The notes under the pieces are model-generated. The model saw only the letters and a program-made list of their open reading frames with translations, was not told where the DNA came from and ran no database searches. A stretch of DNA of 64,000 nt from Patescibacteria group bacterium UBA2772 (lineage in GTDB: Bacteria > Patescibacteriota > Minisyncoccia > Moranbacterales > DUUL01): positions 4,631 to 68,630 of the forward strand of contig DEIO01000017.1 in assembly GCA_002352545.1 (NCBI GenBank), read 5' to 3'. How positions within the stretch are numbered: the first letter of the stretch is position 1; the number at the start of each line of letters is the position of its first letter. A program made the translations under genes and the position numbers. Below, piece after piece: positions 28,527-38,373 of this stretch.

Positions 28527-29126
28527 ATGGAAATCGGGAAAATCGAAAACAGAAAAACTTTTGCAGAAGTTCAAACACAAAACCTGAATCAAAATAACAG
28601 GGAAAGAAAAGTAGCCGAACTTGAAAGGCGAGCTATTGCTATTAGAAGCTTCCAAGATGTTATTAATTTGGAAGGATGATTAAGCAAGATTGATGGAGGT
28701 GATAGCACATCAGATGATTTTTTGAGAGTAGAAAGTGTTATGGTTAATGCAATTGCTAATCTTATTACGGTTAGTGATCACAAACAAATGAAGGCTTTTA
28801 TTAAAGCCTCTCGTTATAAATCAACAAACAATTTGTTGATAATCACTTTTTTTGATAACAAAAAACTCTCTAATTCTAAGAAAGATATCGTTTTTGGTGC
28901 AAATTTGTTGGGGAGTTATGAACGTGAAGATCTTTATCATGATTTTTTCAATCGTAAAAGAGCACAAGAACTTCTTTTAGAGAAGATTTTGAAATCTCCT
29001 GATGCATTTTCTACTATTGAGATTTTAGATTTGTTTTGTATGATTTCATTAAAAAAAGAAAGAATTGCGAGTTTTCTGGATCAGTATATAGGAGAAGTTA
29101 GACCAGCGTTAGTTGTGAATAAATAA
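28527..29126 (+). pseudogene. Paralog 2 of the same family, with an in-frame TGA
   Basis: MEIGKIENRK...INLEG-TGA(28677-28679)-LSKIDGG...FLRVESVM continues in frame into listed ORF 28722..29126. It aligns with paralog 1 (LLxKILKSxDxFSxIE). A hydrophobic segment upstream in the same frame has no canonical start. Confidence 0.5.
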
Positions 29127-29145
29127 ACTGTAAAGTGATGGGGTT

Positions 29146-29175
29146 TTGTCGAGAATTAATCGACAAATCTCTTTT
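29146..29175 (+). terminator. Intrinsic terminator
   Basis: TTGTCGA-GAATTAA-TCGACAA followed by ATCTCTTTTTA. Confidence 0.5.
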
Positions 29176-29233
29176 TATTAAACATTTTTTTTCAACATGA
29201 TATACTGCCAATGGTATTAGTTTTTTCTAATCA

Positions 29234-29980
29234 ATGAGTTATAAGATAGATACAATTGTTTTGGAGGCAAGAGAGTGTAGAGAATATGATAGAATCTATA
29301 CTCTTCTTTCGCGTGAGAAGGGCAAGATCAGCGCAATTGGAGTTGGGACCAGAAAACCCAAGGCTAAACTAGCTTCAGGCCTGGAGCCACTAACAAAAAA
29401 TGAACTTTTTTTAATTGAATGTCGTGGTTTGGATAGGATAAAAGGAGTTATAATACATGATCAATATCCCAAAATCAGGGAAAATTATGATAAAACAATT
29501 CTTGTTAGGAGAACAACTAGGATCTTGAGTTGGCTTCTATTAGAAGGTGAAAGGTGCGAAGATATTTTTCTGGCACTTGCAGATTTTTTGACACTTGTAG
29601 AAAAAACTTCATTTGAAAACAAAGACGTTGGAAGAAGTAAAGTGGTATTATTCCAATTAGCTTTGTTTTGGAGAGGAGTTGCTTGGCTTGGAATAACTCC
29701 CTCACTCTATTATTGTGTGAGTTGTCGCAAAAAGATAAGCAAGAACGATAAATTTATTTTTTCAGTTCCAAATGGACTTCGGTGTGAAAAATGTTTTGCT
29801 AATAAAGACAAGAACTCAATGTATATCAGCACTGACTCTGTTAAGATATTGAGATTTTTTTTAGAAGGGGAAGTTGAAATTTTGAAAAAAATTAAGTTTG
29901 ATAGGAAGGTTTTAGCTGAATTATCAAATATAACACGTTATACACTTTCGCATATCATAGAAAGAAGGATTATATTCTAG
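29234..29980 (+). CDS. recO: DNA repair protein RecO
   Basis: N-terminal OB-fold region and C-terminal zinc motif CVSCRKK...RCEKC. 248 aa. Confidence 0.85.
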   Translation: MSYKIDTIVLEARECREYDRIYTLLSREKGKISAIGVGTRKPKAKLASGLEPLTKNELFLIECRGLDRIKGVIIHDQYPKIRENYDKTILVRRTTRILSWLLLEGERCEDIFLALADFLTLVEKTSFENKDVGRSKVVLFQLALFWRGVAWLGITPSLYYCVSCRKKISKNDKFIFSVPNGLRCEKCFANKDKNSMYISTDSVKILRFFLEGEVEILKKIKFDRKVLAELSNITRYTLSHIIERRIIF

Positions 29981-30042
29981 CTTTCTTATCAATTTTTTTG
30001 TGCTATAATAAACAAACATGATTCAAAAATAAAAATGAAAAA

Positions 30043-31953
30043 ATGGCTTTAAAAGACCTTTCTAAAAAATTATATAAAAAGAAGGATGAGCTTAAGGGCA
30101 GAAGACTAGACAAAGACGTTTATGATGCTCGTAAAATCGATCAAGAAAAAGATGGTTTTGAAAATGTTGAGGGTAGGATTATAAAAACCCAAGGTAGACG
30201 AGATTTTACTGAAGAACAAGAGAAAATTCAAAAGAATAAAATGGTTGTTTTTGGTGGTATTTTTATCATCATTCTGTTGGCAATATTTTCAGTTGTTTTT
30301 CTTTATTTTAAGGTCATAGGAAATGCATTTTTAGAGGAAAAAGTTGAGATATCAATTGCTGGGCCTAGTGAGGTAAGAAGTGCAGAAGACGCTGTTTATA
30401 CGATTAGAATAGAGAATTTTAATCGTGTTGCACTTCAAAATGTCAAGATAGATTTGAATTATTCGGAATCAATGGTTATTCAAGAGAGTACTTATATTCA
30501 ACAAGAAGGTTTTAAGGCTTCTACAATTGTTATAGGAAATATCAAGGCTAAGGACAAAAAAGAATATGAAGTTATCTTTAAACCTTTTGGACCGAGGGAT
30601 AGACAGGTATTTTTGAATGCAACTGTTGGATATCAACCTATTAATTTTAATAGTGAATTTGAGAAATTTACACAAAAAAGTATCATAATTAAATCTTCAC
30701 CTCTGTCGATTACTATTATTCCAGTCAAAAAGGCTGCTAGTGGAGAAAAAGTTCACTTAGACGTTATTGTGAAAAATAGTAGTCAGTTTGAGTTTGATGA
30801 TTTGGAATTGAGAGTAGACTATCCATCGGGATTCTTTTTCGAAGAAAGCAGCACGAGTCCTTCAAGAGACAAGAACATTTGGCAATTTGATAAGGTGGAA
30901 GCAAAAGAACAAATTAAAATAGGTATTAACGGAATAATGGAAGGAATTCCAGATTCATTGAAAAGTTTTAAAGCTGAAATTGGTCAAAAAAGAGGTGATA
31001 ATAAAATGCTTGTTTTTACTGAGAATGAGGGTGTGATGAAGATGATTTCCAGTCGAATAAGTATAAAACAAGAAACAGTTAATGATAGTGTATACCTTGG
31101 TAATGTAATAAGCTTTCGTACAACCTTTAAAAATACCTCAGATGTTCCGTTAAGAGATTTGGTCTTGATTCAGTATATTGATTCTGAGGTTGTAAATGAG
31201 AGGAATGTTAGTGTGCAAAGAGGGTATTATGATAGTACAAATAACACTGTTTTATGGAAAGCGTCACAAGTTCCAGAATTGAAACTTTTAATGCCTGGTG
31301 AGGAAGGTGCTGTGATTACAGAACTCCCAGTAGTTGATCAGGTTCCTATGAATAATGAGGATGACAAGAATTTTACAATAAGTTCTTATGTTGAAATTGA
31401 AAGTTTGGATATCGATTCTCCGTTATGGCAAAATAAGAGGATTCGATCAGCTCAGAAAACGATTCCAATTAATTCCAAGATGATTATTGATATTGAAGGT
31501 GCCTATAATAGTGAGGAACTACCGAATTCTGGACCTACGCCGATGGTTGTTGGAGATGAGACAACTTTTACCATTTATTTGAGAGTGTTAAATACATCAA
31601 ATGATCTTAAAAATGCTATTTTAACAGCCAAGTTTCCATCTGGAATCATCTGGAAAGATAATTTTAGACCTCATGATGCAGGAATAGAGTTCAATGAGAG
31701 AACGAATGAGTTGAAGCTTATAATAGGTTCTATCGAAGCTGGAACCGGTTTTATAACACCAACTAGAATGTATGCTTTTCAAATAGGTGTTATACCATCT
31801 AAGAATCAACTTGGTAGAAAAATAGTAATTTTGAATGATTTAAAAACGACAGCTATTGATACTTTTACTTCGAATGAGGTATCATATAAATTCAAAAAAC
31901 TGAATGTTACAAGCATTAAAGATGTAGATACCTCGCTTATTGAAAGAGATTAA
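30043..31953 (+). CDS. Hypothetical N-terminally anchored protein with repeated beta-sandwich (DUF11/CARDB-like) segments
   Basis: TM helix VFGGIFIIILLAIFSVVFLYF, followed by recurring segments of the type GPSEV..ED.VYTIRIEN..RVALQNVKI. The domain call is from pattern only. Confidence 0.6.
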   Translation: MALKDLSKKLYKKKDELKGRRLDKDVYDARKIDQEKDGFENVEGRIIKTQGRRDFTEEQEKIQKNKMVVFGGIFIIILLAIFSVVFLYFKVIGNAFLEEKVEISIAGPSEVRSAEDAVYTIRIENFNRVALQNVKIDLNYSESMVIQESTYIQQEGFKASTIVIGNIKAKDKKEYEVIFKPFGPRDRQVFLNATVGYQPINFNSEFEKFTQKSIIIKSSPLSITIIPVKKAASGEKVHLDVIVKNSSQFEFDDLELRVDYPSGFFFEESSTSPSRDKNIWQFDKVEAKEQIKIGINGIMEGIPDSLKSFKAEIGQKRGDNKMLVFTENEGVMKMISSRISIKQETVNDSVYLGNVISFRTTFKNTSDVPLRDLVLIQYIDSEVVNERNVSVQRGYYDSTNNTVLWKASQVPELKLLMPGEEGAVITELPVVDQVPMNNEDDKNFTISSYVEIESLDIDSPLWQNKRIRSAQKTIPINSKMIIDIEGAYNSEELPNSGPTPMVVGDETTFTIYLRVLNTSNDLKNAILTAKFPSGIIWKDNFRPHDAGIEFNERTNELKLIIGSIEAGTGFITPTRMYAFQIGVIPSKNQLGRKIVILNDLKTTAIDTFTSNEVSYKFKKLNVTSIKDVDTSLIERD

Positions 31954-31997
31954 TAATATTGCTTAGAATAAGAAACTAATAAAATAATGAAGTTTAG

Positions 31998-33209
<1,212 letters not shown>

Positions 33210-33391
33210 TTCTCAATTGAATTAACCGAGAAGTTTCCTTTTAAAGAAGGGGAAAGTTCATTTTGTCCAGTTTACAAAAAGCTATAAATAATATATTCTA
33301 AGAATAAGAAAATTTGTAAAAATTCTACTCTGTTGCTAGCAGATTTAATTTTTATTGGCCTTTTAAAATACAGACAAGAAAAATAGAACTG

Positions 33392-34459
33392 ATGGTTGAA
33401 TTTAAAAAGAAAAAGGTAAAATCACACACTCTGGGTGAAAAACTCAAACAAGTTAGGGAAAGGGCAAATGTTTCTCTGAGCGAGATAGCAAAGAATACAA
33501 AGATTCGAAAATTTTACTTAGAGATGTTAGAAGAGGGGTATTTTGATAGATTGCCGCCAGATGTTTATGTAAGAGGATTTCTTAATAGCTATGCTGAATA
33601 TTTAGGAATAGAGCCTTTAGATGTAATGAAGTTATATGAGAAGGAAAGAGGAATTCAGAGAAGTATGAAAAAGACTCAAAATAAACAAACTGAAAATATT
33701 AAAAAAAGTTCCAAGTTAGAATTTCCAACAATTGTTTTTACGCCAAAAGTTTTTACAGGTATTTTGTTTGTGGTCTTGGTTTTGTTGGGAGGGGTTTATT
33801 TTTATAGGGAAGTTGGCGAGTTTTCTAAGGCACCGCGTTTAGTTGTTTTGCAACCAAGTGATGATCTTTCTATTGATGGAAGTTCTATTGAAGTTATCGG
33901 ATTGACCGATAAAGAAGGGAAAATCAGGATTAATAGTCAACCTGTTTTTGTTAATGACAAGGGTGAGTTTAAAGAAGTTGTGAGTTTGCAAAATGGTGTA
34001 AACGAAATCGAAATCAAGGCGATTAATCGTTTTTCTAATGAAGAGGTAAAAAATGTTAATGTTTCAGCGAAATATGAAACAGATATTGGCAAGAAAAATG
34101 TAGTAGAGAAAATGATGGAAGCTCAAGACGAAATCAAGAATGAAACAGTTAAATTGGAATTAGAAGTAAAAGAGTTTCCAACGTGGGTATTGGTTGTGGT
34201 TGATGGGAAGAATATTCAAAAGGGCACAATGCTTCCAGGAGCAGTTCAAATTTTTGAAGGAAAAGAGAATATTTCTGTTACAGCTGGCAGGGCAAATCAA
34301 ATTTTGATTAAATTAAATGATAAAGATATAGGGCTTCTAAGTGAAGATGCGGGCACGATAAGAGATGTAATTTTTGATCTAGAGAGTGAAGAAATCCCGA
34401 TTTACGAAGAACGAGAAGAGAAAGAAGAAATAGTAGAAGAAAAAGAAGAACAAGTCTGA
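33392..34459 (+). CDS. RodZ-like HTH / DUF4115 membrane protein
   Basis: XRE-type HTH (LGEKLKQVRERANVSLSEIAKNTKIRKFYLEMLEEG), a TM helix, and a C-terminal DUF4115-like segment (WVLVVVDGKNIQKGTMLPG). Confidence 0.75.
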   Translation: MVEFKKKKVKSHTLGEKLKQVRERANVSLSEIAKNTKIRKFYLEMLEEGYFDRLPPDVYVRGFLNSYAEYLGIEPLDVMKLYEKERGIQRSMKKTQNKQTENIKKSSKLEFPTIVFTPKVFTGILFVVLVLLGGVYFYREVGEFSKAPRLVVLQPSDDLSIDGSSIEVIGLTDKEGKIRINSQPVFVNDKGEFKEVVSLQNGVNEIEIKAINRFSNEEVKNVNVSAKYETDIGKKNVVEKMMEAQDEIKNETVKLELEVKEFPTWVLVVVDGKNIQKGTMLPGAVQIFEGKENISVTAGRANQILIKLNDKDIGLLSEDAGTIRDVIFDLESEEIPIYEEREEKEEIVEEKEEQV

Positions 34460-34502
34460 CTTTTTAGACAATAGAGTTCAATAATCAAATAAAAAATCCA
34501 AA

Positions 34503-35513
34503 ATGGCGAAAGTAGTAAAAAGAAAAGAGGGACAAAAAGTTGTGGGGGAGGTTATGAATGAAATTAAGGAGAAATTTGGCGAAGGTTCAATAATGAGGCT
34601 TGGAGAAATCAAAAAGGTTGATATCGCAGCTATTTCCACGGGCTCACCTTCACTGGATATTGCACTTGGAATTGGTGGAGTCCCAAGAGGTAGAGTTATT
34701 GAGGTGTATGGACCAGAGTCGTCTGGTAAAACAACCCTAAGTCTACATATTATTGCAAACGTCCAAAGAGACGGAGGCGTTGCAGCTTTTGTAGATGCTG
34801 AACACGCACTTGATCCTAGCTATGCTAAGAAAATAGGAGTTAATGTTGATGAGTTGTTGATTTCGCAACCAGATGCAGGAGAACAAGCGCTTGAAATTGT
34901 TGAAACACTAGTTCGTTCTAATGCAGTTGACGTGATCGTTATTGATTCTGTTGCTGCTCTTGTTCCAAGGGCTGAAATTGAAGGAGAAATGGGTGATTCA
35001 CATATGGGATTACAGGCAAGATTGATGTCACAAGCGCTTAGAAAATTGACAGGAGTTGTTGCTAAAACAAATGTTTTAGTTATTTTCATCAATCAAATTA
35101 GAATGAAGATTGGTGTTGTTTTCGGAAATCCCGAAACAACGACTGGAGGAAATGCGCTTAAATTTTATTCATCTGTAAGAATTGAAGTTAGAAGAGCTGC
35201 TCAAATCAAACAAGGAGATGTTATTATTGGTAATAGAGTAAAAGCTAAAATTGTTAAGAATAAAGTAGCGCCTCCTTTTCAAGTTGCTGAATTTGATATT
35301 ATGTATAATGAAGGCATATCAAGGGAAGGTGACTTAGTTGATACTGGTGTGAAATATGGAGTTTTGAAAAAAGCTGGTTCATGGTATCAATTTGGAGAAG
35401 AAAAGATTGGACAAGGAAGGGAATCGGCTAAAAAATTCTTAAGAGAAAACAAGAAAGCTGCTAAAGAAGTCTATTCTCAAATTAAGAAAAAGATTAAAGA
35501 AGAAGAAAATTAA
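34503..35513 (+). CDS. recA: Recombinase A
   Basis: Walker [19 protein letters not shown], and L2-region [26 protein letters not shown]. Confidence 0.98.
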   Translation: MAKVVKRKEGQKVVGEVMNEIKEKFGEGSIMRLGEIKKVDIAAISTGSPSLDIALGIGGVPRGRVIEVYGPESSGKTTLSLHIIANVQRDGGVAAFVDAEHALDPSYAKKIGVNVDELLISQPDAGEQALEIVETLVRSNAVDVIVIDSVAALVPRAEIEGEMGDSHMGLQARLMSQALRKLTGVVAKTNVLVIFINQIRMKIGVVFGNPETTTGGNALKFYSSVRIEVRRAAQIKQGDVIIGNRVKAKIVKNKVAPPFQVAEFDIMYNEGISREGDLVDTGVKYGVLKKAGSWYQFGEEKIGQGRESAKKFLRENKKAAKEVYSQIKKKIKEEEN

Positions 35514-35523
35514 TTAGTGTGAT

Positions 35524-36303
35524 ATGGGTGTATCGTATCAGATAGTTCTCTTTGCTGTCATAATAGGTATTTTGCCTATAACTTGGTGGCTTTGGGTTAT
35601 TATAAAAGAAAATCATATAGGAAAAGGAAGTATGAATCTTTTAGTAGAGATCTTTTTTTTTGGGGTTTTGACAGCTGTTCCAGCTAGTATAATTGAAATG
35701 ATTATCACTGAAACTGGTGGCGGAAATCAAATTATTGTTAGGATACAAAATCTCTGGCTTTTTGGTGAAGTACCCTTTCAGTTTATTGGTTTTTTATCAG
35801 CATTTTTAATAGCAACAATTGAAGAATTGTCTAAATTAATTGGTGTTTTAATTGCGTTGAGAAAGAGAAAGATTAAAAACCCAAACGATGGTTTGATTTT
35901 TGGCATTATCGTAGGATTAGCATTTGCTGTGACTGAAAACGGTGTTTATTTTACTTCAGCTGTTCAGTTAAATAAAATAGCAGAATTTAGTAGTGTGGTA
36001 GCTTTTAGATTTATTCTCTCAACATCAGCTCATATAATTTATTCAGGTTTGGCAGGTCTTTTCTTGGTAAAGGCAAAATTTGCTAATGGTTTTCAAAAAA
36101 TTAAATTTGTTGGTTTGGCTATTTTATTTCCAATTTTGATTCATGCAACATTTAACTTTCTTATTGGTAGCCTAAGAAGCATAAACGAGGCGATAATGGC
36201 GATTATAATGGCTGTGGGGCTTGTTTATGTTATGGAGCAAATATCAAGAGAACAGAGGGATAAAAATAGATTACATTGTAAAGAAAAAAATGCAAAAAGT
36301 TAA
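35524..36303 (+). CDS. PrsW-family intramembrane protease-like protein
   Basis: Polytopic. EELSK motif, AVTENG, and late HATFN motif. Confidence 0.6.
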   Translation: MGVSYQIVLFAVIIGILPITWWLWVIIKENHIGKGSMNLLVEIFFFGVLTAVPASIIEMIITETGGGNQIIVRIQNLWLFGEVPFQFIGFLSAFLIATIEELSKLIGVLIALRKRKIKNPNDGLIFGIIVGLAFAVTENGVYFTSAVQLNKIAEFSSVVAFRFILSTSAHIIYSGLAGLFLVKAKFANGFQKIKFVGLAILFPILIHATFNFLIGSLRSINEAIMAIIMAVGLVYVMEQISREQRDKNRLHCKEKNAKS

Positions 36304-37219
36304 TTTTAGAAAAATAAACACAATAATAGTCCTTTTTATTGGAGTCATTTTGAGTGTATGTATTTGTTTGAGAATTTTATATCCTCAAAGTTTTTTTGAT
36401 ATGCAAAAAAACAACAAAACAGTTGTGGAAAATAGTTTTTCAAAAAATAAAAGATATCTATCTGTTGCGCCTCAGATAAAACGTAATATCTATTCGGCAG
36501 AAATTGAGATTCAAAGCAGTAACTTTTCGGGTGATATAGTTGTGTCGAAGGGTTTCTTAGTACAACTTTATTCATTGGGTGCTGAGATCGAAACACCGGA
36601 GGAGCTGAAAAAATTTATTTTTTCTCACAACGCAAATATTCCAAATGGAAAGCTTGTTTCTAATAAAGGTGCTGTTTATATTTATTCGAAAGGGAAATGG
36701 AGACCTTTTTTAGGAGCTCAAATTTTTGAAAATCTAAAGTTTGATTGGAATCGTGTTTCTAACTTGGCTGATAATGCAAAAGGTTCGTTTGAAGAAGGTG
36801 AAAAAATTATTTTTCGTTCACCACATCCAGACGGAACAATAATGGAAACAAAAAATGGTGAATTATTCTTGGTTTGGGAAAAAAAGTTAATGCGTATTAA
36901 AAATAAAGAAATCATCAGTAGTGTTTGGAAAAATTATTTTACTGTAAAAATAGATAAAATTACTCCTCAGGAAATTGGAAGTTGTCAAAAAAAGATAATC
37001 GGTCCTAAGTTTAAATGTGATTTTTCAAAAAATACTAGAACCATGGATTTGTCTGGGAATATTTTTATATTTTCTTTTGATAAAATGAGCGATGTTATAG
37101 GTAATTCAAAAATAGTTCTAAATTCTTTGAACGTTCTCGATTTACAAAATCCAAAGATTACCATCAGTGTTAATAAACAAAGGGTTTTAGAGAAGTACCA
37201 ACAAGAAATTTTAAAATAA
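36290..37219 (+). CDS. Hypothetical N-terminally anchored protein
   Basis: Start placed at MQKVNFRK (ATG 36290), overlapping the preceding stop by 14 nt. One TM helix, then a ~280-aa domain with no recognised motif. Confidence 0.6.
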   Translation: MQKVNFRKINTIIVLFIGVILSVCICLRILYPQSFFDMQKNNKTVVENSFSKNKRYLSVAPQIKRNIYSAEIEIQSSNFSGDIVVSKGFLVQLYSLGAEIETPEELKKFIFSHNANIPNGKLVSNKGAVYIYSKGKWRPFLGAQIFENLKFDWNRVSNLADNAKGSFEEGEKIIFRSPHPDGTIMETKNGELFLVWEKKLMRIKNKEIISSVWKNYFTVKIDKITPQEIGSCQKKIIGPKFKCDFSKNTRTMDLSGNIFIFSFDKMSDVIGNSKIVLNSLNVLDLQNPKITISVNKQRVLEKYQQEILK

Positions 37220-37223
37220 AAAA

Positions 37224-37634
37224 ATGATTACTTTTGGAAAAAATATCTTAAAAAATAATGTAGTGATAGATTTTATTAAAAAGTTTGTTTTTCTTTCGTC
37301 TCTTGTTTACCTCCTTTGTTTCGCGGGAGAATCGATTTTGCCAGGGATTGTAATTGAGATTTTTAATTTTAATCTATTACTTTTTATCATTGTCGGAATG
37401 ATGACATTTTTAATCTTTTCCAAAGATAAGAGCGCTAATATTAAAGTTAATTTGAAAAATCAAAAGAAGATTTTAATAGCATTAATTTTGATATTTATTT
37501 TTACACTTTTTATAGTTTTGTATAAAGTTTCTCTATTTGAAACTTTTATATATACAGTTTTGTTATTGATTTTAATGGTTCAATTTAGGGATATATTCAC
37601 AGGTAGCAAGAAGAAAAACCCTAATAGCCAGTAA
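37224..37634 (+). CDS. Hypothetical small polytopic membrane protein
   Basis: 136 aa, 3-4 hydrophobic helices. 4 nt after the previous stop. Confidence 0.55.
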   Translation: MITFGKNILKNNVVIDFIKKFVFLSSLVYLLCFAGESILPGIVIEIFNFNLLLFIIVGMMTFLIFSKDKSANIKVNLKNQKKILIALILIFIFTLFIVLYKVSLFETFIYTVLLLILMVQFRDIFTGSKKKNPNSQ

Positions 37635-37640
37635 AAATGC

Positions 37641-37668
37641 TTGACAAAAAAATGTCATGGTATAAAAT
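37641..37668 (+). promoter_or_regulatory. Candidate sigma70 promoter with no CDS downstream
   Basis: TTGACA-16 nt-TAAAAT, starting 7 nt after the stop of CDS 37224..37634. Confidence 0.4.
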
Positions 37669-37674
37669 ATCATA

Positions 37675-37780
37675 ACATTTAAAGTCGAATGTTGGTACTA
37701 CACCGCTTATGATTTTGGTAAGGTAACTCCCTCCTATCCCTTTCCATTTCTCATTAGCGGTGTAGTGTCTTTTTGTTTTT
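37675..37780 (+). ncRNA. Candidate ~100-nt small RNA (long-range hairpin with pyrimidine-rich interior plus U-tract)
   Basis: ACTACACCGCT (37697-37707) pairs perfectly with AGCGGTGTAGT (37756-37766). The 48-nt interior contains CTCCCTCCTATCCCTTTCC. Followed by GTCTTTTTGTTTTT. The next gene (pth) is convergent. Confidence 0.3.
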
Positions 37781-38360
37781 AGTTAAACTCATTCATTGTT
37801 TTTTCCATTCCATGTTCTATAAAACACTTGATACACTCACAACAAGAAGAGATAATTTTTTTTAGTTCTTGTTGTTCTTCTTTCGAAAAATTTGAAAGTA
37901 CAAATTTTTCAGTAGGTATGTTTTGCCTAGAAAGCCCAGTTGAAATCCCGATTCTTAAGCGAGAAAAATCCTTAGAATGAAGATGTTCAATTATTGATTT
38001 TACTCCGTTATGTCCACCTGCTCCTGAGTTTTTGGATATCTTTATTTGTCCAAAAGGTAGGTCGAGATCATCATGGACAATTAGAATATTGGAAAGATCA
38101 ATATCAAAATATTTTTTTGTAGCTAAAGTTGGAATGCCTGATAGATTCATAAATGACAATGGTTTGATAAGATAGATGTTACCACTATCTTTTATTTTTG
38201 ATAATTCTACATTAAGTTTTTTATTAAAACTGAAATTTTTAATGGATATTAAATTGAGATTTTTTAAGAGTTCTTCCAAAACCATAAATCCGATATTGTG
38301 CCTACTTTCTTTGTAATTATTTCCTGGATTTCCGAGCCCTACAATTAAAAAATTTTCCAT
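37779..38360 (-). CDS. pth: Peptidyl-tRNA hydrolase
   Basis: LIVGLGNPG..Y..SRHNIGF, GGHNGVKSI. Confidence 0.93.
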   Translation of the reverse strand: MENFLIVGLGNPGNNYKESRHNIGFMVLEELLKNLNLISIKNFSFNKKLNVELSKIKDSGNIYLIKPLSFMNLSGIPTLATKKYFDIDLSNILIVHDDLDLPFGQIKISKNSGAGGHNGVKSIIEHLHSKDFSRLRIGISTGLSRQNIPTEKFVLSNFSKEEQQELKKIISSCCECIKCFIEHGMEKTMNEFN

Positions 38361-38373
38361 TTTTGAAGTTTAT

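Noticed and set aside
28677-28679. Alternative genetic code (TGA as sense, as in code 4 or 25) to explain the in-frame TGA in paralog 2 and the TGA at 27844.
   Set aside because: TGA ends well-conserved genes at their expected lengths in this window (tgt at 33207-33209, the RodZ-like gene at 34457-34459, the giant ORF). All long conserved genes are intact under the standard code.
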